Below, one piece after another: positions 12,141-23,834 of a DNA stretch of 54,972 nt; within the stretch, counting starts at the first letter, position 1; every line of letters begins with the position of its first letter. The notes below the pieces were generated by a model. It saw nothing but the letters and a program-made list of their open reading frames with translations. It did no database searches and was not told the DNA's origin. Both the position numbers and the translations under genes were made by a program. The DNA is taken from the NCBI GenBank assembly GCA_049999805.1, contig JBNGIO010006183.1:72550-127521 (forward strand). The letters are read 5' to 3'. This stretch comes from Folioceros fuciformis (taxonomy: Eukaryota).

Positions 12141-14122
12141 TATCACCTGACCTACTACCGAAGCGCCAGAAGGTGATTCCCGATCACTTCCTTAAAGAAG
12201 CACCATCCCAGCAAGTGCCCTGCTGCCTTCATTCAGAGGCTTCCCGACTCCACTCTCGCCCCTCCCGTCACCACCACTGGAGTGAGTGGCAGATCCGTTC
12301 CCACTTTCCTCCAATTCTCCTTGGGACACATCTGCGACAAACCTGCCACCTTTCTGAAACGTACAGCACAAGATCAGTGGGCGCTGGCAACAATCAGAGC
12401 TCCCGCATCCAGCACCATTGATCCTCACCTCCGATCTTCAACACGAGATGCGCGTCCAATTAAGCCTCCTCCTCCCGATGCCGGATGAAGCACCCCACCT
12501 GCCCAACACCAATTGAGCAACCTTCTAAAGCCGAGAATGCGCAACACCCAGCTGCACAACAGCCCACTGATCCCACCACTACCGCGGCCCCTAACCTGAG
12601 AGCCAAGAAGATCGGCTCCGCCAAGATGAATGGAGGAGCAGCAGAAGCGCCACCGCAAGTCCCTCGGATCACAGCAACTCCGACGGCAGATGTGTGAGCC
12701 GACCCTGCGCAGATCGGGAGCGGGAGCGGCCGGGGACGAGGGCGAGACAGCGGGGGTACGCAGGGGGCGATGGCCGCAGCAGAGCGAGAAATTAGCTAGA
12801 GCTGGAAGTGGCGAGGAAGAGCGGGGGCAGTGCGGCGTGCTGAGCGCGGGAACAGGAGGCCCGAAGCCGCAGGGACAGGACAGTGCCACCATGCGTCCAC
12901 GCCACATCAGACTCCAGTGTGCGCCACGTTGGCGATGCCTGCCTGCACTAGTGCACGACCAACCCCGTTCCGTTTCCCCTACGGCGGGGGTGACCGGGGT
13001 GAAGCCGGTGGTGGGGGCAGGGGTACAATGATGGGCGCCACCCTATCGTGGGCGCACGACCGGTTGCCGTGACTTCTCGGCTTTCCTTTCCTTTTTCTCT
13101 CCAAGACCTCAATCTCGTCCAAGCCAAGGCAACGTGCGAGCAGGCCCGCATTCCTTTTCTAACGGTGCAGACGAGCCGGCACCCGCAAGATCTCCGTCGG
13201 CAGTCGGCTGGCTTGGCGGGGAATTAAGATTTCGATTGGCTTCGCATTGTATGGTGAATTGCAGAGAAGCTTGTAGTGCGGCATCATGCAACAGAATCAA
13301 AGGCTCCCATTCGACAGAAAGAAAAGCATCCATGCTGTGTTGCGTTTGACATGTGAGAGAAAGGGTGGTGAAACAGTGCGCCCAGCCAGATCAGATCCAT
13401 GGCCTTTTTTCAGTCCAGCGTTGTGTAGTGTATGTACATACATGGGTGGGGGAGGCAGCAACAGCGTAAGCCACTAAACCAAGACATCCATCCAGCACAC
13501 TTGCCCTCGCCTGGCCTTACCTCTCCTCTGCTCGTCTCCTCGGGGCTGGCCCTGCCTTGACTGATGGCAAAAAAACGCCCCACTTCATGATCGACTTCCT
13601 CTGGCAGAGCTTAGTGAGTTCTAGGTCCCTTCAGACACTCCAATGCATCTCCTCACAACCTAGCACTACAGGCAACTGGGCTGCAGTGACAACAGGCAAA
13701 GTTGCGGGCTTGCGAAAAGCCTTGAAGAGCCTGCCTTCTTCCTTGACTGCACTGAGCTTTTGACGAGTCAACTGCAGGCCCCGTGTCCGTCCTCCCTCTT
13801 CATTCCCTGTGCAGCAGCAGGAGGACACATTCATCATCTGCGGCCGTGGCCTTCGAGCGTACAGTATTTCGGGTAACCCACTTGTCAGCTTGCACATGGA
13901 GGTGGCAGGCATCTGGGCTGGGCACACCATATTTGGGAGGAACCCCAACTCCAACCGTGGTGGGCAGGCCACACACAGCAACGGATTCATCGCAACCAGA
14001 ATTCCGGGACGTGGCTCCAGCCTGCCGCCCTCGGGAGGGTGGCGGACGGGGGGCCGGGACTGGGCACCAAGAGGCAGACAGAAACCCCATGGTTCGCTTC
14101 ATCTACAGCATGACCCTCCAGA

Positions 14123-17020
14123 TCAGAACACGTCCCCGAAATCTATCCCCGGATCCAGCATCACGCCCAGGGCTTCACCCGTGGCGGCGACAGGGCTGGA
14201 GGGAGGTGTGCGGCCCCCGACGGTGGAGACAGAATCCGGCGGACGGAATGGCCTGGGCACCTCCGGGGGAGTGGCGCATCGGATGAGAGCCCAGTTGACG
14301 CAGTGGAAGAAAGGGTGCGCCTTGATCTCCGCAGCCCCCCGAGCCGAGCCCAGCCGCTTGTGGGGATCCTTGGCCAGAAGCCCCCTGATGAGCGCCTTGG
14401 CGTCTTGGCACACAACATCGTCGTCCTCCTCGTCGTCCTGCACCTCCTCGCTCCCCGGCTCCTCCGGAAACCGCAGCGCCTGGGTGAGCACGTTCCTCAG
14501 AGTCCCCTGGTTGTCCGCCCCTCGGAATGGCGTCTTCCCGTAGAGAAGCTCGAAGAGGAAGATCCCGAACGTCCACCAATCCACAGCGCTCCCGTGGCCC
14601 TCCCCGGAGATGATCTCCGGCGCCAGGTACTCGTGGGTGCCGACGAAGGACATGGATCTGGCTTCCGTCGGCTCAGCTACCAGCTCCGGCAGCGGCACCA
14701 CCTGGTTGCTGAAGGACTCCCGCCGCACATGTCTTCTCCGGAAGCTCCCCGACAACCCCATGCCCATCCCGATTCCGCCCCCCGAGGAGGAGTAGGTGGA
14801 GGATGCCCCAGAGTTCCTCCTGGCCAACCTGGGAGACCTGGGGGAGCCCGGGACCCCGGACAGGCTGCAGGAGGGGATCCTGCAGGTCGGCATGATGCAG
14901 GAGGTAAGGTTGAGCACGTGGTGGTTGTAGGCGGAGAAGGAGAAGGCAGCCCGCTTGAGAGGAGACATTGGTGAAGATGGCGTAGACGAGGAATTCCAGT
15001 CCCAACGCAGCAGCGTGGGGCTGACATCGCACTTGAGGGAGAGGTCGAAATCGGAGAGCATGATATGGCCGTCCTTGCGCACCAGCACGTTCTCCGGCTT
15101 CAGGTCCCGGTACACCACGCCCATCATGTGAAGGTACTCGAGGGCGAGGAGGACCTCGGCGGCGTAGAACCTGGCCGCGCTGTTGAAGAAGCGCTTCCCG
15201 TGCTGCGCCTGGCGGAGGGAGTGGAGGTCTCCACCGGGGCAGAACTCCATCACCAGGCAGGAGAATTGCGGGGTGTCAAAGTGCGCGTACAGCGTGGGGA
15301 GGAAGGGGTGGTCAAGGGACTCGAGAATCTCCCGCTCCGTCTGCGCCCGCTCCTGCTTCTTCCTGTTCTCCAGAGCCCCCTTGTCCATCACCTTCATGGC
15401 GAAGTAGCATGCCGTGCCCCGGAGCTCTGCCAGGTAAACGCTCCCGATGTCCCCGCTCCCCAGGCGCTTGAGCAGGCTGAAGTGGCTGAGCCCCACGGAC
15501 CCATCCCGAGAGCGAGTGCTCCGAACCGCCTCCCAGTTGGGATCGTTGGCTTTGTGCGGCTTGGTGGGCGTGGCGCCTCCCGTGCCCATGCCCGGCCTCG
15601 GGCCCTCCCCATCTCCCGCTGGGATGCAGAAAGGGTCGAACGCCCTGCCCCCGCCCCCGCCCCCGTCGGAGTCCGAGTCCGACTCCGCGTCTCCGGTTCT
15701 GCTTGGCCTGGAGGCCGGGGACGCCCTTCCCCTCGCCCGCGATTGCACAGGTCTCCCATCCTGCGCATGCGGCGCTACCTCATCGGGCTGCCCCGGCGCG
15801 AAATCGTATTGCGCGGCGTCGAAATCCGTGCCACGCCCGGCCTCCAAGTCTTGCAAATTGAGCAACACCGCCGCCTTCTTCCGCACTTGTGGGACAACCT
15901 TGTCCTCACGTGGGGAGCACGCCCTAGCCACAGCCCCAGCACCAGACGCCGTATCCATCGCAATCCCGGCGGCCCAAACCGCAGGTGCAGTACAAGCAAT
16001 AAGCGCTCCGACGGCGCCGCCGCTCTTGGCATAAGAAGCAGCAGCCGGGGCCGAAGCAGAAGCCGCAAACTTGGAGGAGGAAGACGGAGGAGTTAAGGTG
16101 GCGTGAAGGTCGTGCATCCCGGGCGGAGGCTGGGGCGTTCCAGGCCCGGGATTTCTCTTCACCTCGAAAACGAGGGGTCTGGCCACGCCCAGCTCCCCCG
16201 ACTTGCTCCTGCCTTGGCCGTCCCCCGATTTGGCCCGGGAGGGGGCCGTCCCCAGCTCCCCGGACTTGCTCTTGGTCGGGGTTTTGCGGGGAATGAATCG
16301 GGGGCTCGCCCCGCTCGTCCTGCCATCACTATCCCTGTCGGGTGAATGGAGGAATCCCCTGCCCGGAACAAGGGCGTTCCTTGGGGACAAGCTCTGCCTG
16401 CCGGAAATTGTCGGAGCCCGCTCCTTCCTCACAGCTGGGGTTGCTGTCGATGCTGCGAGCACTTTATCTCCGTTGGGCAGGGCGTGGGCATGCGTGGGAG
16501 AGGAGGTCGTGGGGCCGCCGCGCTTCTTGGGTGCTCGGGGATTGGTGCTGCCCATAGCCACGGCCACGGCGGTGCCAGTGGTGGTGCTGGTGGCGGGAAC
16601 GGCGGGCTTCCTGGCCACGTTGACATTGGCACCTGCCGGCTCCGAGCGGCGCTTGGCTGTGGCAATTCCTGGAAGCACCTGAGCCTGTGCCTGTGCCTGC
16701 TCCTGCTTGCCGCTTCCGCCCTTGGCAAACCTGTTTTTCACGGTCCCCGCAATGCCCATACTCATGCTCATGCCGGCCTTCTTCTTGGGGATGGAGTTGC
16801 CGTGTCCTTGTTGTTGCTGCTGCTGGGCGTCCTCCTTGAGCAGCATTGCGTGGAGCTTGGGTCGGGCCTGGTTGGATCGTGCGCTGAGATCGGTGCCGGT
16901 GGGCGGCGGCGGCAAGCCGTCGTTCAGCGCCCCCGCCGCCGCCGGCGGAGCATCCGGAGAGTCTTCGTCGTCGCTGGACTTGCAAGGCGCTATCACATCG
17001 CCTCGCCCCAGCAGCCTCAT
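14123..17020 (-). CDS. AGCVIII (D6PK/KIPK-like) protein kinase, single coding exon
   Basis: [36 protein letters not shown], the DFD signature, an insert with CxxP motifs ([12 protein letters not shown]), [14 protein letters not shown], and a long disordered N-terminus. The first ATG is at 17020; the ORF-track start at 17041 is non-ATG. Confidence 0.93.
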   Translation of the reverse strand: MRLLGRGDVIAPCKSSDDEDSPDAPPAAAGALNDGLPPPPTGTDLSARSNQARPKLHAMLLKEDAQQQQQQGHGNSIPKKKAGMSMSMGIAGTVKNRFAKGGSGKQEQAQAQAQVLPGIATAKRRSEPAGANVNVARKPAVPATSTTTGTAVAVAMGSTNPRAPKKRGGPTTSSPTHAHALPNGDKVLAASTATPAVRKERAPTISGRQSLSPRNALVPGRGFLHSPDRDSDGRTSGASPRFIPRKTPTKSKSGELGTAPSRAKSGDGQGRSKSGELGVARPLVFEVKRNPGPGTPQPPPGMHDLHATLTPPSSSSKFAASASAPAAASYAKSGGAVGALIACTAPAVWAAGIAMDTASGAGAVARACSPREDKVVPQVRKKAAVLLNLQDLEAGRGTDFDAAQYDFAPGQPDEVAPHAQDGRPVQSRARGRASPASRPSRTGDAESDSDSDGGGGGGRAFDPFCIPAGDGEGPRPGMGTGGATPTKPHKANDPNWEAVRSTRSRDGSVGLSHFSLLKRLGSGDIGSVYLAELRGTACYFAMKVMDKGALENRKKQERAQTEREILESLDHPFLPTLYAHFDTPQFSCLVMEFCPGGDLHSLRQAQHGKRFFNSAARFYAAEVLLALEYLHMMGVVYRDLKPENVLVRKDGHIMLSDFDLSLKCDVSPTLLRWDWNSSSTPSSPMSPLKRAAFSFSAYNHHVLNLTSCIMPTCRIPSCSLSGVPGSPRSPRLARRNSGASSTYSSSGGGIGMGMGLSGSFRRRHVRRESFSNQVVPLPELVAEPTEARSMSFVGTHEYLAPEIISGEGHGSAVDWWTFGIFLFELLYGKTPFRGADNQGTLRNVLTQALRFPEEPGSEEVQDDEEDDDVVCQDAKALIRGLLAKDPHKRLGSARGAAEIKAHPFFHCVNWALIRCATPPEVPRPFRPPDSVSTVGGRTPPSSPVAATGEALGVMLDPGIDFGDVF

Positions 17021-17161
17021 GACGCCTGCTGCCACTCGCAACCTCCTTTCTCACTCTCTCTCCTTGACACCACTGCCTTCTATGTAGTGAAGGCAGGATG
17101 AAGACGAAGTTACTCCATGTTTGTATTTAATATAATTACTTCTACCCTTCAGCCTGAAGCG

Positions 17162-17235
17162 GTCTGGGTGGTGTAGTTGGTCATCACGCTAGTCTCACAC
17201 ACTAGAGGTCCCCAGTTCGAACCTGGGCTCAGACA
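17162..17235 (+). tRNA. tRNA-Val(CAC)
   Basis: Acceptor GTCTGGG/CTCAGAC+A, anticodon arm CTAGT-CT-CAC-AC-ACTAG, T-arm CCCAG-TTCGAAC-CTGGG, and a TTTT Pol III terminator immediately downstream. Confidence 0.95.
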
Positions 17236-19099
17236 CTTTTGACGAATTCTTTTTGTTCCCTGGCCGTCCCTCCACTACCATAGCACGGAGCTTGCGATAC
17301 AGACGACCAAGATTGGCAAGACAAAATTCGAAGCGGACGGTAGCAGACCGGGGTCAAGCCCGAGACCTGTGTGACACCATAAGTTAGGTAACTTAGGTGG
17401 CTGCCACTGGCATCACATGACATACGAAAAAGGTACCTGGCAAACGTCACCGAAGTCCTGCCAGAGATGGGGAAGGGAGGGCCAGGAGCAGGAGAAGCCA
17501 AGAAGGGTAGGAAAAGGGAGTAAAGCTGCGGGCCCACCCACTCATGGAACTTGGGCTGTGGCAACGGGCGAACTGCTAGGCTCATCATCATGTGGCCATG
17601 GCGTCCGATTCCTCAAAAGCGGGCATCGCAGTCTGCAGCTTCATTCAGCTGCATTCTCCTCTCATCAGTCTGCGGTCTTCAGCAGCAGCAGCAGTGCGCA
17701 TAAACAAGAGCTTCGACTGCACTGGTTTATTGGGGATGCTTATCCTAATTGTTGTTCAAATTCCAATCATTCATTCCCCGTGTTCTGGGGTCACTGGGGA
17801 TGCTTAGACAGCACTGTACATACTTGTTGGAATGGCTACATGGGCGGGGGCAAGGGAAGGGAAAGGTATGGAGGGTAAAGCGGGCAAGCAGGCGAGCGGC
17901 ATGGGGGGTGCACACTGCCCGGGGACAAAAAGTTGAAGGGTTAATGGGTTAATTCAGCTTGAACGGTGAGGGTGAGGACAGAAACACTAAATGCGGCCGT
18001 GGGTGGCAGAGCAGGATAAAAGGCTGTGCGATTTGGGGCCCATTGGGGCAATGATCATGTGACAGGCTTAGCGGCGTAGAAGCGGGAGCTGCCAGACTTG
18101 AGTTCCAAAGATAGGCGGGAGCGTACCGGGGGCTTCATTATGGCGCCTCCCTCTCCATTGGCCGGCTTCCTGGAGGCTCCTCATACAGCGCGTCCCTGCG
18201 CCTGTGCCCTGCAGGGCTCCTCGTCGTTTGCGTCCTTCCTTGCTTCCTTGTGGAAATCCTGCCACCTTCGACTCTGATCGTGGAGAATGGGTCGCGAAAC
18301 TGGGATCCCTTTCCCCGGGGCTAGAGCCAGAGTCAGAGTCAGAGCCAGAGTGACGGACAGGGCCAGGGCCCCTCTCCTCAGGCCCCGTGTCCGCGCCAGA
18401 TTCGCCGCTCTCGGATACGCCCCTCCCCTTGATTACCTCTCTCTGAACACAAGTACATCACGCCGCCCAGTTTATCGCACTGTCGCTGCTTCGCCTTCCC
18501 CTCCGACCCTCTAACACTGGCCGATTCTGCTTCGCCATCCCGCTTCGCTCGCGTCCTGCCTTCCCACGGTTGACGGGAGGGGACCCAGGACCGCCCAAAA
18601 CGCTTCATGTGAAAGGAATATTGGCGGAGTAATGAAGGGAGCTGCGTAGGATGACGCTCGGTCCGAGCCCTGACGGTTAATGCACCATCACGTCCGATGC
18701 CTCCCCTGCCATGAAGCAATCCCGGAAGCGGAGAGCAGGCAAGGTGCTCTGCCCTGCCCAGCTCAGCTCATAGCGTTTTTCCAGGCTGCCATGGTATTGA
18801 ATTGAATTGAACCGCTGCGGCAGAGGGCAGGGCAGGTGCGAGGCATGCGCATGGGCAGGGGCATGGGAAGGGGCTCTCTGCCCGACGTTGATATGACTGA
18901 TGAGACGGGTGGCCCCTGGCCGCGTGGAGTTTCCAGTTGGAAATGACATGGGAGCCACCATCGAGGCACAACAGCTGGGAAGGCTCTTGGAGGGCAGGCC
19001 TGGAAGAGCAACTGCAATGTACTGCATGTTGCTAGTGGCAAATGGGGAATTTCTCTGATGAGCGGGAAGGCAACCCAGGGCAAGGCACGGCAAGGAACG

Positions 19100-19165
19100 G
19101 AGAGAAGCGAAGAGAAGAGAAGAGAAGAGAAGAGAAGAGGAGAGGAAAGGAGAGGGGAGGAGAAG
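19100..19165. repeat. (AGAAG)n purine microsatellite
   Basis: Direct reading: agagaagagaagagaagagaagagaagagg... Confidence 0.85.
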
Positions 19166-20431
19166 GTTTGGTGCAGGCCAGCAGCAGCCCAGCACCCAAG
19201 GTCCAGTTGCGTATGTACCGTGCAGTGTGCACCAGTCACAGCCTGCCCGTTGGGGAACCGTTTGTGGGTGCCCCGCTTTTGCGCATGACATTACTCCCAT
19301 GCCATCGGCCGCACGTGAGCCATCAAGTCTCCTTATCTGGAGCAGCGCAACAGCAGCAGCACACAACGGGGTTTTCAGCTTTTTCTTTTCTCCGCTTGCC
19401 GGCGACTGGCACGGGATGCAGGCCATTGCCGTTGCCGTTGCTTGTGCCATTGCCATTGGCATCGCCATTGCGGGTTTACAAATATGCGAGATGGTGGGAT
19501 AAGGTTCATGAAATGTGAACTGCGTGGTGGCCTCGCGAGTCGGGCCACCAGGCAAAAGACAGAAAAGTGGACGGCAATGGAGGGCCGACGCCCTGCCCAT
19601 CTGCACGGTCTGCAGTTTCGCAGCATGGAACAGAAGACAGGCACCAAACCATCCAGTAATCTGGCAATTTGTACAAGGGCAGGTAGCGGGAGCAGGTTTG
19701 AATCCGGATTTGGTCCCAAGACCGACACCCGTGTCTGCCAAGCCACTGCTCCCTCATGACTGCAGTCTGCCCCACATCATCACTTGGCGCGGTCAAAATA
19801 TCGGCATGCTCCACAATCCGGTGTGAAGAAAGCTTTTTGTGTACAGGTGCAGTGGGAGGCGATCGATATCGTGCCGGGGTTTGCAAATTTCCAGCACGGA
19901 TGCCATAGGTAGGACAGCACGCAGTGGGCCGCAGTGCTTTCCAGTGCCCATGAGTGCTCACTGCGTAAGCCGCAGGAAATCCAGGCCAGTCCAGGGCTGG
20001 TCCGACGCCCGAGGCTCTGCCCTGGGGAACAAGCCACAATATATGTACATACTTTACACATACAGTTTGTCATGGACGGGCGTGGAGAGAGAGATCCACG
20101 CAGAAAGACGCAAGGATTTGGACTTTCTTGGGCCCTTTTTGTAGCAATATCCGCAACAAACAACAAGCCTTTCAAACAAGCAGCCTTTAGGGAGAATCAT
20201 CACACCGTCTCGAGTTTGGAGTCCGGAGTCTCTGGACACTGGAATGGAAGGCTCAACTTTCCAGGCGCAGCAAGGCCAAGAATCTGCCTACCGGCAGCCT
20301 CTTCTAACTCCTGGCCTTCTCGCTGCCTGGCAGTGCCTGCCAATATGCCGACACCACGCTCCCACACCTTTGGCGTGTCATACAGTAAAAATTCTTTATA
20401 TATACTTTTAATCCTCATAGCATTGGCATCA

Positions 20432-20512
20432 GCAGCTTTGGCCGAGTGGTTAAGGCGTGTGCCTGCTAAGTACATGGGTTCGCCCGCGAGAGTTCGAATC
20501 TCTCAGGCTGCG
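20432..20512 (+). tRNA. tRNA-Ser(GCU)
   Basis: Acceptor GCAGCTT/AGGCTGC+G, anticodon arm TGTGC-CT-GCT-AA-GTACA, variable arm GGG-TTCG-CCC, T-arm GAGAG-TTCGAAT-CTCTC, and TTTT shortly downstream. Confidence 0.95.
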
Positions 20513-21338
20513 AGGGATGCCTTTTGTTCCAGTTCTCGTCCCCTGATCCCTATCTTTACATGTAGGCTAAGTTGTGATGCAGCCCTAGGGCTCTTGCTTG
20601 CGGAGAGGCACTTGTGCTGAGGAGCGCGACCCGCGAGGGTTCGTAAACAGAAGTACGCAGATGCCTTTATCACCGCACCGACCAAACGAGACACAAGTAT
20701 CGAGGCGACGCAAAGAGTAGGGTAGACGGAGTCCACCCGATTACGAGTGGGTTAAGTTGTAGCAAGGAGGACGGGCTGCGGGTCGCTGCACAGCGGGAAC
20801 GGGATTTGCACACGCACAGTCGACGGCACCGGCATCGGGACTGGGCCTTGCCACGGTCGCAGCAGTCGCAACTGTGTCACCGCTGTCCTACTTGCGGGCC
20901 TGGACCCCACTCCTGGAACCTGGTGGGCCCCTTACTACTGTCTCGGTGCCAACACAAGACCAGGCAGGTACCGACTTGGCACCAGATTGGCAATCGGGAA
21001 TCAAAAGGGAACCGGATTTCTTTTCGCTCTTCTACACACTCCGACAATACAAGGTGGATAACTTATGAGGATTCGGACAGAGAGCAGTAGATTATATATT
21101 TATAGGCTAATTAGCTTTATGAACTTATTGTTCTTCTTCTTCCGTAAATTAGCTCATAAAGAAAGAAATATATTAATGATATACTATTAAAAATAATATA
21201 ATATGATATTATAATATTTAAGTTTGAACAATGTAGCACTTAGTTGTCGTAAACAATAGATCAGTGCAAACATACACACAAGCATTCACTCATAAATGGT
21301 CATGTGAAGCCAGTGAAACATAAGTATGTATGTTCTCT

Positions 21339-21990
21339 CAATGAAAAGTCAGCTGGAAAATATCCATCACGTGTAATAACATGTGCCATTCAATCACATT
21401 TAGGATGTACCAAACTGAGCAGCGATAAGTACCATATCATTTGCTCATCCTACTTATTTCATTTGCTCATCCTACTTATAGATTGCGGAGAATCATCCAT
21501 CACGGGCAATAAGCAATGAAAAGTCAGCCAAAAAACATCCCTCTTGTGTAGTAACATGTCTGATTCAAGCACGTTTGGATGTACCAAACTGAGCAATAAT
21601 ATGTACCATATCATCCGTGCATCATACACATAGATTGCGGAGAATCATCCATCATGGGCAATAACCAATGAAAAGTCAGCTGAAAAACATCCATCATGTG
21701 TTATGACATGTCTCATTCAATCACATTTGGATGTACCAAACTGAGCAACAATATGTACCATATCATCCATGCATCATACACATAGATTGCGGAGAATCAT
21801 TCATCACGGACAATAACATGTCCCATCCAATCATGTAGTTCTGACAAACTGACGTATCATGCCGAACAATAATATGCATCTCATTCGTGCACTGTACACA
21901 TAAACTGAGGAGAACAGCATAGCGTGTCTCATTCAATCAATTAGTTCTGACATAAATATGCATCTCATTCGTGCACCACACACATAGACT
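21339..21990. repeat. ~150-bp tandem repeat (3 full copies plus degenerate partials)
   Basis: caatgaaaagtcagc...gatgtaccaaactgagc...tagattgcggagaatcatccatcacgggcaata recurs at ~21339, 21514 and 21666. Confidence 0.9.
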
Positions 21991-22065
21991 AAGAAGAACA
22001 AAATCCATTGCTTTATGTACCTCAAGTACAACACGTGGGAAGTGATACAGAGGTCGACTAACGGT

Positions 22066-22558
22066 CACATTCAAAGTACAGGAGCTTTAATGTTATAGTG
22101 TTGGGTTCCTCGTAACACAAACTACCCGCGAAAGACATTCAAAGTATACGAGCTTTAATGCTATAGCGTTGGGTTCCTCGTAACACAAACTACCCGCGAA
22201 AGACATTCAAAGTACAGGAGCTTTAATGTTATAGTGTTGGGTTCCTTGTAACACAAACTACCCGCGAAACACATTCAAAGTATAGGAGCTTTAATGCTAT
22301 AGTGTTGGGTTCCTCCTAACACAAACTACCCGCGAAACACATTCAAAGTACAAGAGCTTCAATGCTATAGTGTTGGGTTCCTCCTAACACGAACAACCCG
22401 CGAAACACATTCAAAGTACAAGATCTTTAGTACAAGAGCTTCAATGCTATAGTATTGGGTTCCTCCTAAGACAAACAACCCGCGAAACACATTCAAAGTA
22501 CAAGAGCTTTAATGCTATAGTGTTGGGTTCCTTCTGACACAAACTACCCGCGAAACAC
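22066..22558. repeat. 68-bp minisatellite, 7 copies
   Basis: acattcaaagtacaggagctttaatgctatagtgttgggttcctcgtaacacaaactacccgcgaaa starts at 22067, 22135, 22203, 22271, 22339, 22407 and 22489; one unit carries a short internal duplication. Confidence 0.95.
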
Positions 22559-23834
22559 AAGAGGCAGAAATACACGTGTAGTTAGACTAGGGAGGAAAAA
22601 CATTGAAGGCCGGTATGGTTGTTATTGGTACAAAAGTTACATAAGTCTGCCGCATGAAGTTGATACTTTTGTGTCCATCTAGCAATCAAGAACATGAACC
22701 TTACAAACTTGTTGTCTTTGTTGATGACTTATTGTCTTCAAGTTGTTCAAGGTGTCTCTTGATGAGTGTTTAATTCTTAGTCAAGTAGCGTAGGGAAGGA
22801 TGCACAATTTTGTCATGCATTGGGGCTTAATTGTGGAGTTATGTTTTGGCTGAAGTGGTATGCGTGTAATGGAATTATGACTAAACTTCTCATGTTCTTG
22901 TCCTTGAATTATGGATTAAGTTTCATATTAGACATTCTATCTTGGTGACTGATGTTCCACTCATGGATATTTTGGCGCTATCTGATTTGAAAATATGTTG
23001 TGGGTACAACATGCATATGTACATGTCCATATATCTTGAGAATTTTTATACTTCTCTTGCATCTTGGCTTGATAGAGAACATATGTATATGTATGTTGTT
23101 AGAAACATTTTAAAAGAAGCATTTAGTAGTAAGCAGCCATATATATGTTCGCACAGCTCATGGAGGAGGAAGGGTATGGTGTAGCAGAGTAGTAGTAGCA
23201 CACCCAATCCAAGGAAGAAAATTCGGTTAAAGATCGGCAAGCAGGATTAGGCTGTATATATGGATGGCATGGAGTAATTGTGAAAGCGGGGACGATCGCG
23301 GCGGTTGGAGTAGCCCAGGCGGGTGCCTTTAAGCACCATAACAGCATGCAGTCCTGGAGGCCACGGCCCGGCAGACGACTGGGCTGAGGCTCATGTCATG
23401 TCGACAAGACGTCCAGGAGCGCCACGAATTAATACGCTCAAGGACGGCGTGGTGAAGCATCGCACAGCAGCGGGGCCGGGGCCCTGCCTCTGGTTTTGCA
23501 ATTTAAGAACGGCCCTACCAAGGATGGTACCGGATTAACAGAGTGAGAGCGCCGTAGCATGACTACTGATCCACAGCCGTGATGCACCCACCTCACAATT
23601 TCTCAGGCCCAGCCACCGGTCGGCGCAGCTTCAGACTGTACCACATTGTTTGCGTCAGCAGCTAGGCTCAGGCCTCCCAGCACACCCCACTCGCACGCTT
23701 TCTCTCCTTCACTTTGCCCTTGCTGAGCTCGCGCCTTCCTTTGGAACCCTGGGCTGCTCGGAGTGGTGTGGAGTGTGCTTGCGGGGGAGGGACACGGACA
23801 CGGGCTGCAGAGAAAAGTGGGAGCTCGCGACGGA

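Noticed and set aside
14161-17101. Many long overlapping and antisense ORFs over the AGC kinase
   Set aside because: Shadow ORFs of a GC-rich CDS with no independent motifs.
18630-18648. tgaagggagct resembling miR159/319
   Set aside because: Only an 11-nt partial match with no fold-back partner seen.
18677-19741. 354-aa minus-strand ORF
   Set aside because: Low-complexity translation across microsatellites with no recognisable domain; more likely promoter or leader DNA.
22066-22558. CRISPR-like appearance of the hairpin-containing 68-bp array
   Set aside because: Units are head-to-tail with no unique spacers, there are no cas genes, and the context is eukaryotic.
22570-22595. acacgtgt palindrome followed by CTAG as a Helitron 3' end
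   Set aside because: The hairpin is too short and AT-rich, CTAG is not followed by T, and no matching 5' TC end could be defined.
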